Both the position numbers and the translations under genes were made by a program. This document shows, one piece after another, positions 1 to 10,400 of a DNA stretch of 40,907 nt. Source of the stretch: Vicugna vicugna. Its lineage: Eukaryota. Under the pieces are notes generated by a model, which was not told the DNA's origin, searched no databases, and saw only the letters and a list, made by a program, of their open reading frames with translations. The stretch's first letter is position 1. The number at the start of each line of letters is the position of its first letter. The DNA lies in contig MU057776.1 of the NCBI GenBank assembly GCA_013265495.1, forward strand, positions 186,001 to 226,907, given 5' to 3'.

Positions 1-420
1 CGCGCCATGTCACTTCGGGGAAACTGAGAGGCTCGGATGCTGCAACAGCGGCCCCACCCCGGGCGCCCCGCGCCAAGCCCCCGCACCCCGCGCCCCTCTC
101 CCGGGATTCTCCGCCCCTTCCTGCAGCCTGGAGCCGTCTGGGGTCACCGGCACTCGCCTCCCTCCCTGGGGACCCTCTCGACCACCACACCCTGGCCAGC
201 CGTCCCGGGGAGCTCGAGGAAACGTGTTGCCCCCTCCCAGGACATCCCCTGAGCCGTCCAGATGACTCAGCCCCCTCGGCCGCCCACGGGATTCAGACCC
301 TCACTACCCGCAAGGCACCTACCCCGGCTGCGCCCGCTTCTGGAGCCCCTTCGGCCACGTGTGGGCCTGCGTCGCCACCTGGTGGCTGCCGGGACAGAAC
401 GCAGCAACAGGGGCATGAAA
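1..420. promoter_or_regulatory. CpG-rich regulatory element with GAS/ISRE-like motif and strong CTCF motif
   Basis: TTCGGGGAA (TTCNNNGAA) at 14-22 overlapping GAAACTGAGA at 20-29; CTCF-like CAGCCACCAGGTGGCGACG on the minus strand at 370-388; elevated CpG density. Confidence 0.5.
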
Positions 421-639
421 GGTGCCGGAGGTAGCGAGGGGGCAGGAGCCTCTGGGCCCACGCAGGTCTTCTGGTTTTAAACTGCAGCTGTTGTCCCAGC
501 ACAGATGGAGACGGACCCGCAGAGATGGCACGGGGAACGGTGACTGCAGGTCCAGGGCCAGCATCTGCCTGGCGCTGCTGGACACCCTCCCCCTCAGTGA
601 GCTGGGGACACTCCGAGAGGAAGGCCAGGCCCTGCCCTC

Positions 640-1000
640 CTGGAGTATAAAGTACAGCATGGAAATGAGAACATACAGACAAAGAAGCAGGCGGGATATA
701 CATCAACTATTCCTCAATTTTTTAAATTAAAACAAAATAGTAAGCAGGGTAATTTCAGTTTGGAAACAGCTAGGAAGCACATGAAGCAGTGTGAGGTATG
801 AAGGATGATGGAGGCGGGAGGGGGCGAGGACTCTCTCAGGAAAGTTCCTAAGGACAGGCCTAGGAGAGCATCCTGCTGGAGGAGACTGCCGGGCAAAGGC
901 CCTGGGGCACAGACGGGTGGTGTGTTCCTCCAGTGGAGGGAATTCAGAGGGAAAGTAGTCAGAGGCCAGACGAGAATGGCAGAGTGACTCAGGAGGGCAG
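640..1000 (-). mobile_element. Degenerate L2 LINE fragment
   Basis: L2-like antisense motifs such as 'gggcaaaggccctggggcac...gtgtgttcc' in purine-rich context; recognised by eye. Confidence 0.4.
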
Positions 1001-2139
1001 CCACAGGGCAGCGGCAAGGCCTCTTCGTGCTGGTCTGGTACTGGGTCAGTGCTCTGACCTCCCATGCAGTGGCCCAGGTAAAACTACAGCCTCACAGAGG
1101 ATGCCGTGAATAAACCTCTCAGCACTCCACAGGTGCTGACAGATGCCAGCAAGACTCAGGGTCACAGCACGTGGGGCCCACACGGGGCCCCAGGTCTCCG
1201 TCCTGGTCCTGGGGCGACGTCACATGCAGCATGCACAGTGGGCCGTATCACGGCTGACAGACCTGGGGCCACGGGGCAAGCAGCAAACCCACCAGTCCCT
1301 CCCCCAGGAGGAGGCAGTTAATAGTGGTCCTCCGGGGTCCCCTTGACTTGCCCAGTGGTGCCTGTGATGGCTTCAGAAGCCACTCCGCCTCTGACAGCTG
1401 GCCCTGCAATCTGGTCGTTCAGCACAGACACTTGGGACAGATGGGGCCACAGCCGATAGCCTCCCTCAATAGTTCTACTCTCGGCCAAACTCAAGTTGTC
1501 ACAGGTCGGATATGCTGACAGGCCCTGGGCCACGCCTGCTCACTGTGCCCCACATGTGTTCAGTCCACCTGCAGAGTGAGGTGACCCACAGAACTGACCC
1601 CTGCCATGCTCCCAGGATGCTGGCTCAGATCCTCGTGAGTCCCAGACGGGGTGCAGTTTGCATCTCAGATGACCCTTAGCTTCCCCTCTGAGGGCTTCAC
1701 AGTGGCATCAACCCACACACTGCAGGGGGTGGTCCTCCCCACTAGGCAAGGTGAGCTCAGGGCATCTGCTGTCCGTCATGACTTGCACAGGTGCTGCCCT
1801 TGGGCTGTGCCGTCTCACTAGCCTGGTAGATGGTGTTCTGACCGTTGCTTCTGGGCATGGAGACAGGCATCTGTCCCCCACCCAGGACAGCCTGGGGTCC
1901 AAAGAGAGGATGTGGTCAGGGATGGGAGTTAAGTGGCGATAATCAGAGGTGACAATGACCAGAAGGCTGCCCCGCCCCCTGTGGAGAGGCGCCTGAGGCC
2001 CACCCTCTGCACACCTGAACAGGTAATCCAGGTCGGATTTGGTTTGGGTCACCGGTACGTGGGTCTGCTTGAGACACTGGAGCAGTGTCACCAAGCACTT
2101 GCAGCCTCAGTTGCTGCACGTAGCCTAACCGAAGACCAC

Positions 2140-3722
2140 TTGAGCATGAATCAAAAAATAAGTTCTGAGAGGAACTGTTAAAAAGCAGTTTGAACTAAAA
2201 ATGGAAACACAACTTACTGAAATTTGTGAGAAGCAACAGAAGCAGTGCTTAGAGAGAAATCTATGGCATGAATGTGTGTTCTAGGAGAAAAGGAACGACC
2301 TAAAATCAGTCATCCAAACTTCTCATCTAGGAAACTTGAGAGAGAAACCCTATGTACACTGAAAGCAAACAGAGTAAAAGAAATGATACAAACTGGGCAG
2401 AAATCAATGAAGTTGAAAAGAGGAAATCATTTTTCTAAAAATCAATGAAACTGAAATCTGGTTATTTGAGGGGAAAAAGTAACCAAGACTGATAAACCTC
2501 TAGCCAGGTTAGCCAGAAATAAAAAGAGGAAACAGAGATCACTACAAAGAGAAATGAAAGAGAGGCTGTCAGGACAGGTTCCATGGACGTTAAGGGTCAT
2601 AAAGGAATACTAGGAGCAGCCCCGAGCCCGCAAACCTGGTAACTTAGAAGTACAAAACAATTCCTTGAAAGACACAAACTATCAAAGCGCACAGAAGGAG
2701 ACATAGACACACTAACAGGCCTGTTAAAGAAATTGAATGAATAATCAATAATCATCCAAGCAAGAACACCCCAGGCCCAGATGGTCCCACTGGTGAAGTC
2801 TACCAAACATGTAAGGAAGAAATGGCACCAATTCTCTACAACCTTTTCCAGAAAATAGAGACAGAATGCTTTCTCGCTCATTCTGAGGCCAGCATTAACC
2901 TAATAAAACCAAAATCAGACAAAGACATAGGAAGAAAGGAAAACTACAGATCAATATCTCTCTTGAATATAAATGCAAAAATTCTCAACAAAATATTAGC
3001 AAATTAAATCCAGTAATGAGTTACACATCACAGAATAATTATATACTACTAACAAGTGGGGTTTATTCTGGGAGTGCAGAGCTGCTCAACATTTTTTTAA
3101 TCAATTAATGTAGTCTATCACATCTGCAGGCTAAGAAAGGAAAACAATATTATCTTATCAACTGATGCAGAAAAACATTTGACAAAACCAAACACCCATT
3201 CATGATTAAAAACGCTCAGCAAACTAGGAACAGGAGGGGACTTCCTCCACTTGATTAAGATCACCCACCAAAAACTTATTTGACTAACGTCAGTCACACT
3301 GTATTGTGAGAAGCCAGCTGCTTTCCCCTTAAGATCAGGAGCAAGGTGCCAGGATGTCCCCTCCAATCACTCCAGTTCAACATCGTTCAAGAAATACAGG
3401 ATGATGAAATCAGACAAGAAGTAAAATATACACAGACTGCAAAAGAAGACATAAAATTATCTTTGTTCACAGATGACAAGACTGTCTATGTAGGAAACCC
3501 AAAGAATTAACAAAACAAGAACAAAAGAGAAAAAACTCCTGGAATGAATAAGCGATAAAAATAAAGTTGCAGGAAACAAGCTTTAGGGGCAAAAGGCCGC
3601 TGCTTTCCCAGATGTTAGCGACGAACAGGGGAAATCTGACACTCAAAGCAGAATACCATCACATTAGCACTTCAGAAAAGTAAACACTTGGGTACAAAAC
3701 TTTAAAATATCTGTACAGGATC
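2140..3722 (+). mobile_element. Old L1 (L1M-type) ORF2 fragment, degenerate
   Basis: A-rich strand; residual ORF2/RT peptides ([11 protein letters not shown]...[10 protein letters not shown]...[23 protein letters not shown]; 'tttgttcacagatgacaag' is a decayed LFADD motif); many stops and frameshifts. Confidence 0.93.
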
Positions 3723-5050
3723 CACTGCCCAGTGCCCGACGGCCAAAAGCAGAGACCAACACCAGCCCCTCTTCCACCCCGGGGGTGGTGTCTTGAGGGG
3801 CGCAGGGCTTCATTCTTGCTGGAAGTGACACCTGGGCTATGGGTGTCCGTCCCTGCCACAATGCTTCTGCCAGGACTTCCAGAATGCCACCTCCACCGTC
3901 ATGGTGTTCCAGCCAGGCATTCACCTCGCAGCAAGTGAAAAGCAGTGGTGGGTCCACACTCCCATCTCCCTGAAGCAGCTGGCCTGGTAGGAGGGTGGCC
4001 AGAGGGTGGAATGATTATGGAGCTGGGGTCACATTCTCCAGAGGCAGTAGATGCTCTAAGTCAGCAACCCACAGGCCCCTCACAGCCGAGATCCACAGGT
4101 CCAGGTATGAAGAAGAGGAAATGGCGGTGTTCTGTCATCCCAAATGGTCCACCAGCGAGATGTTTGCTTCCCGTGCCTGCAGCCCTGGGCTCTGCTGGTC
4201 CAGCAGTCTCAGAGTCCAATGGAGGAGTGTATCTCGGGTTGCCTGGACACTCCTGGCTTTAAAACTGAAAGTCCCACATTGTAGGAATCCCTTCTATCCT
4301 GGGCAAGCCCTAGAGTGCTTCCACTAGGGGACACATCAGACTGGAAGTTGACTGCCACCTGGCCACCTGCGTCTCCTCACACCAGGGAATCAGAGGGTCA
4401 CAGAAGGAAGGGCTGAGTTTTCATTCCAGAATGGGATGAGGAGGAGATGGTCTGGAAGGCAGGAGATGCTCAGGGTGTCTCTGAGTGACCCTAGGACCCG
4501 GAGTAAATGCCACCAGAAAACTAGAACCACCCAGCACAGGCACAGACCCTTTGGGTCACTCCACCAAGAAGCCACGACCAGCTGCAGCGCTGACTGAGGA
4601 CACAGGGAATGTGGGGTGAGCAGGGGAGGAGGCAGTTACAGCTACCAGCTAGGGCCACATGGCTGTCGTGACAGCGTCACGTGACGGCCTCCTGTGTCTG
4701 TTCAGCCGCTCTTCTTTCTCCCGCTTCCCCTCCCACCCCTTCCCTCTAACACGTTAGTGAGAGTTAACCTGACATCTCAGTGTTTGTGTCATTAACGCTC
4801 ACACTTTCTTCTAGAGTGTTTAAGTGTTCAACATTCTTAAAGAGAGCCTGTCATTCAGTTAGAGTCAGTGCCACCTAAAGATGGTTAAAGTGACATGAAA
4901 GCTTCATCAGTCCCTTCTGGAGAGACCAGCCTGTTTTCGGCTGGGATAGTTGCACCACGTTAAGCAGAAGCCTTTGTTTTTATTTGGAAGTTGAACATGA
5001 TTTAAAGTAGAAGTGTGTGCATGTGTGCTGAGGTGTCAAGGAGCCTCTGC
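3723..5050 (+). mobile_element. ERVL internal sequence (integrase/dUTPase 3' region), degenerate, interrupted by a small hAT-like MITE fragment at ~4227-4312
   Basis: Recalled ERVL-int landmarks: 'caatgcttctgcca', 'cctgaagcagctggcctg', 'tgctctaagtcagcaacc', 'ctggaagttgactgccacctggccac', 'tttgggtcactccaccaag...ccacgaccagctg', 'tatttggaagtt'. Insert 'ctggctttaaaactgaaagtcccaca' resembles MER96-type elements. Confidence 0.8.
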
Positions 5051-5300
5051 TGGGTGGTTCTGTTGTTAAGCTGGAATCCACTTCCCAGAATCCCCTTCCC
5101 CATATGGTTCGGGTCAGAGGTGGGCGAAAGAGAAACTCATGTGACATTGGAGACAGCAGTGAATCGTGCCTGCTACTCTGAAGGGCTGTCTCGGCCAGAT
5201 GCGGCACAGCTGGAACGGCCGTGTCAGGGAGATCTCAGCCATCCACACTTCACCTCACCTGCTGGCTTCCAGCTGACAGAGGCGACTTCCTGACCCTCCC
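5051..5300. mobile_element. ERVL-class LTR fragment
   Basis: 'aagctggaatccacttcccagaatccccttccccatatggttc...' resembles ancient ERVL LTRs and directly follows the ERVL internal segment. Confidence 0.55.
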
Positions 5301-5398
5301 AGGCAGTGGTGTGCCCAACACTTCCCTCCTGGCACGCACCTTCTGATGCCCGCTTTCTGAAATTTCGTTAATGTTTCAGACTGATGTGACTCCCCCGC

Positions 5399-5417
5399 AG
5401 TGGCCCCCTAGTGATAA
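5399..5417 (-). promoter_or_regulatory. Candidate CTCF motif
   Basis: Minus strand reads TATCACTAGGGGGCCACT, close to the CTCF core CCACTAGGGGGCGC. Confidence 0.4.
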
Positions 5418-6499
5418 CAGCAGGGAGGAAGCCCTCCCCAGTCTCGTAAGCTCTTCGACACACTTTGTTTTCTTCACAGCGTTTACCACCGTGGGGAACT
5501 GTTACTTGTTCAAGTGGGTCTCTGCATAGAAACGCCAGGGAAGGAGGGACCTTATCTGCCTTGCTCATTACTGTGCCCCTTAAGCCTCTGACTCAGAAGG
5601 ATTCTGGGTAGCTACTGGCTGAGCCAGCATATGGTGGAGACCCAGGGGTAAGAGGGGATGCGCGTGGTGCTTTACAGAGAACTGGAACCAGTGGAGGGAG
5701 GGACAGAGGGAAGTCAGGCAGGCAGCTGCGCTAGCGGGGGGGTGGAGGAGACAGACAGGGCAGGGAGGGGTTGAGATGGTCCAGGCAAGGATGGGCCCAA
5801 GTGGGGCAAAGTCCATCATCAACCTACACTCACCTCGGGCCACCAGCTCAGCCATACCTCAGCCAGACACAGGAGAGCTGGGCTGAGCACCACCCCCGGC
5901 CCCTTCGGAACCGCCATGCCCCTCCTGCTTATGCACCTCTCCACCTTCACTCTGCCCTCAGTGAAGGCCACCACCTTGCCCCTCTGCAGCCTCCGTCCAC
6001 CTGGCAGCCAGGTTGGACCCTGGCCTTCCAAGCTAAGGTCCTTTGGTGGTTCCTCATGGCCCTCAGGGTGAAGCCACCTGCTTTTGAGACCCTCTAAGGA
6101 GCCCGTCCACCCACACACACTCCAGACGCCCATCACCACTTATCCCCCTATGTCTCTCCCTCAAACTTCCTTTTTCGTCTCTCCACTTTGAGCCCCACTC
6201 CTCCTGGTTGCACGGTTAGCAGGAGACTTGCTCCAGGTCCAAGCCCAGGCCGCAGCATCCTTCCCCTCACGTTCCCCAAGCTCCGAGTCTCCCCATCACA
6301 GTCCCTACACCCCTGTCCCCCGTGTCCCCATTGTCCCCCGACCCAGAGCATGCGCCTTCCGCGGCCTCCATCACTAGACCCCGTGTCCCCGAGTCCCTCT
6401 GTCCCCCACACCTCCCCTGTCCCGCGCTCCCCCGTCCCCGGTCCTATGCACCACCCCGTTCCCCTTGCATCCTCTGACCCTGACCCCTGCCCCTAGTCC

Positions 6500-7450
6500 T
6501 CCGCTCCTCCCAGTACCCCGCATCCACGGGTGCCCGCGCCCGCGCGCTGCGCTGGCCGGCGCGCCCAGGTGGATGCGCGCGCGTTGCGTGGAGACGAGCG
6601 GTGGGCACACCCTAACACGCCGGCCCCGCCTCCCACACCGCGGATTGGCTCCCCCTAGGCTGGCCGGGTCCCGATTGGCTCGCGCCGCGTGGAGGCCGGG
6701 CCCGTTTCACGGTGGGTAGCACCGCAGCGTGGATGCTGCTTGGTCCCGCCGCGGCCCCCAGGAGCGTGGAGCCCAAGCGGCCGGGCGGGGCCGGGCGGGG
6801 GCAACGCTGGGAGCCGCTCCGCCGCCCACCCAGGGCCCTCGGCCAAGGGCAACCTGGGGTCGCGGCCGCACCCTGTGGCCGCGGGCGGCGGACAAAGAGC
6901 CATGCGGGGCTGGGGGACGCAGCGCGGGGCGCGCGGGAGCGGGGGGCCGCAGCGGCGCCGCTGAGCACGGCCCGAGGCGGGGCGGGGCCGGCCGCGATGC
7001 CGTGGTTCCCGGTGAAGAAGATCCGCAAACAGATCAAGCTGCTGCTCCTGCTGGTGCTGCTCACCTGCGCCGCGTGGCTCACGTATGTGCACCTGAGCCT
7101 GGTGCGCCAGGGCCGCGCGCTGCGCCAGCGGCTGGGCTACGGGCGAGGTACGGGAGGGGGCGCGCGCCCTGGGGGCGAGGGGCAGTGAGGGCCCCGAGCA
7201 GCGCTGGGCCCAGGGCCTCCCATCGCGCCCGGGTCTCAGCATGGGCCAGATCGGCCTGGAGACCCCATCTGCCTTTCCTAGCTCGGCTCTATTGGGGCAG
7301 GGGGTGCGGCTGGGCAGCGCCCGAATGCCCAATGACGTCAGCAGTGACGTTCGCGACCCTCTTGGGGAGCGTCCCCGAACCTGGGCGGACTCCGGGATCC
7401 AGCCCGGAGCGGGTAGTGACGGGGTTAAAGGTGGGCTCCTGGAGAGGTCT
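6500..7450 (+). promoter_or_regulatory. B4GALNT4 CpG-island promoter and first exon
   Basis: CpG-dense; GC box ~6622-6630; two inverted CCAAT boxes (GATTGGCT; ATTGG at 6644 and 6674, 30 bp apart); perfect CRE TGACGTCA at 7333-7340 plus TGACGT at 7345 in intron 1. Confidence 0.8.
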
Positions 7451-10400
7451 GCGCTCTCAGGCCCTGAATGCTGGGATTCCCGAGAGGCCAAGTATGGCTG
7501 CGCCTCCACCACTTGCCTACTTAGCAGAGCCTCAGTTTCCCCATCTGCTGGGGAGGAGGAGAGGGACAGAGATCCTTCTTCTGGACTTAGGTGGAGGGGG
7601 ACGAGGGCTGGGGGGAGCTGACCCTTGCAGTTGCAAGCTTCCTGGAGGAGGTGTCCTAGGTAAACCTGTGATCAGGGACTGAGACGCTTGTGTGTTGGAA
7701 GGTGAGGCATGCGGATGGGGACCCAGCCTGGGGAACCTCAAACTGCTAGAGTGAACTCTCCCAGGCTCCTCGAGCTCAGGCTCCAGTGGAGACAGACAGT
7801 GATCAGGTCCTGGTGAGCCCTGTGAGAAAGAGTCAGGGGAAGGGTCCTGCCACTTTAGCTAGGGGGATCCCAGAGGGCCTCTTGGAGGTGGTGACCTTTG
7901 ACACAAGATTTGCAGGAGGAGGGGCAGAGTGCCTGGAACCTGGGGGTAAGTGATGAGAGAGAACGACCCACCTCAGGGCAGGGAAGATGCCAGCCAAGCT
8001 GCTCCTGGCCCTTCTTGAGGAAGTGGGATGTCCTTAAGATGGGCAGTGCGAGTCTTGCCTCCCAAAGACTCAGCACGATTCTGACTCACGGAAGTCTTGG
8101 CCCACCAGAAAGGGGTCCAGAGCTCCCCATTCAGTCCCACAACTGGCTCCACAGACTCCCAGGCCAGGGGTCAGGGGCTTGTTCCAACCACCCCCAAGAG
8201 TCCATGCATCTCGCAGCTGTCCCTCCCTCTAGAGGCCCCCAGCACTACTCGGGCCCTCAGAGAAGCCCCCCGCCCTCCAGCTATCAGCAAGCAAAGCAGA
8301 ACCCGAGTGTGACCCAGCAACACAGAACATAACCTAACTGCCTCTGTGGTTTTCCGAGCAACCTGTCCTCCCCAACCCGACTTCCTGAGCAGCTGGGGAG
8401 CTTAGCTCAGCAACTGGGAGGGGGCAGAGGTGTGGGAACACCACTTCTGAGGCCTCCTTTGCTCTCAGCTGGACCAGCAGGGAAGCTCGGGACTCATCAA
8501 CCTGTCCGGCTCTCCTGGGTAGGCCAGAGCTCAGGATTATGAAAAAGCTCAAACTCTCAGGTGGCACCTGCCAAGAGCAGCCCCAGCGCGAGCATCTCAC
8601 CTCTGGCTGCAGCCTGCCTCCTGTCCAGCTACAGACTCCCACCAGGGCAGGGCTTGTGAGAAGCTGGGTGTCTGAACACGTCTGAGGCCTTCCTGACGGC
8701 CCTGTCAGCACCGTCTTCACTTCCACCAAGAAGGCTTCCCAGTGTCCAGCAGCCTGTGCAGGCAGAGGTCCTGGAGGGAGGGCGAACCAGGAGGCAGGAG
8801 GCCTGTCGGGTTCTCACTGTGCTGGGGCTCAGCCCCTACAGGACTGGGATGGCAGCCTGGGTTGGGCCCCCACTGCAGGAGGCTCCCAATACCCACAGAC
8901 TCACCTTGGTGGGCAGGGAGCATCAGGCCAGGCCAAGGAGCTCACCTCCCAGCTAGACAGAGGACAGGTGTGGGGGAAGAACCCATAATAAGAAGCAGGG
9001 GGCAGGCACCATGGGGCTCTCACAGGCAGAAGGCCGTGGGCCACCCAGAGAAGGCACCCGGAGAAGGCACCCAGGCCAACTGTGTCCATCTAACTCCTCG
9101 GGATCTGGATCGAGGGGTGGGCATAGATGTTGAAGCCTAGGTTTGGCCCTGCAGCAGAGGGGCTCCTGGCTTGGGTGTCCCTGGATGGGAGCAGACATGG
9201 GGTACAGGGAAGCCTCACCTTGGAGGCTCAGATCCCAGGATATGGAACCCCCAGGTCCACAGCTTAGAGAGGAGGTCTGGAAAGTTAAGGGCAGTGTGGA
9301 GGTGGTCTGGCTTGGGGAGTTTTAGGGGTGCCAAGCTCTAGAGATGGCCACAGACCTGGGAGGGGTTTCTCAGGGAGACAGTCTCCCTCCAGGAACTGGC
9401 CCCAGGTCCTCTGGCAGCCAGACCAGCGTGCCTATCCCTCCTCTGCCCAGGCTGGTGCCAGGGTACCTTTGGTCCCGGACCCTGGCCTGGAGGGCAGTAG
9501 GTGGCACATGAGCCACGGGCTGGGGCTGGCATAGTTTCGAGATCATGGTGCCCTCCTGACAGCAAGCTGCAGCCCTAACCTTTGGCTCTCAGTTCTGGTA
9601 AGGGAGACAGACACCACTCTAGCACATGGGAAAAGAGCAGAGGGCAGAGCAGTCCCGGGGCCTCTTTGGAGGCAGAGCCACCGATGAGGACAAGAGGACG
9701 GGTGTGCATGTGCAGGTATACACACCAGCACCTGCACACAGAGCTGCTCCTTCACGCCGGCAGGGCTGGGAAAAGCCAGGTGTAGGACACGGACAGGGGC
9801 TGTCTCCACAGAAGTGAGTGTGTATGGGAGAAGGGCCCCACAGAGAGCACTTCCAGATGTAGGGCGGGGCATCAGGAAGGGGCAGATGTGGGGAGGGGGG
9901 CTTCAGTGGAGACACCACTGGCCTTCTGCCCCCCGCTGAGCCCAGGAGCTCAGCTGTGGCCTTGGAGAGCCTAGCCCCAGTCACGCCCCATGTGCCACCC
10001 ACAGAAGGTGAAAAGCTGAGCAGTGTGACCGACGGCCGGGGCGTCGGGGTGTCGCTGTCCACACAGAGGGTGGAGGACTCCAGCGAGAGCCGTGAGGAGG
10101 AGCATGTGGTGAGCAGCGCCGTGGGAAGAGCCTGTGTGCACAGCACGCACAAGAGCCAGGGCCACTCGCGGGCCGGTGGCCTCCAGAGCTGTGGGCTGTG
10201 TGGGTGGAGGACGCAGGCGTAGCCCCGAGCGGGGCCCAGAAACAGATACCCCGGCCTGGGCGGATGTAGGTGGCGCACATTGGGTGGCCAAGTGTCTGGG
10301 CTGGGTGGTGAGGGTCTTCTGGGCCTCGGCATGGTTGGATGTGTGAGGGGTCTCCGTGGGGTGCGTCCCCATGTATCTGTGTGTGCGTGGCCCTTCCCTG

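Noticed and set aside
1100..2140. Possible ERV internal relic
   Set aside because: Composition and context are suggestive, but I could not anchor it to a recognisable motif, so it is left unannotated.
6612..7682. Long overlapping ORFs (285 aa minus, 317 aa plus) over the B4GALNT4 promoter
   Set aside because: Low-complexity Gly/Ala/Arg/Pro translations expected from stop-poor CpG-island DNA; only the frame starting at ATG 6997 matches a known protein.
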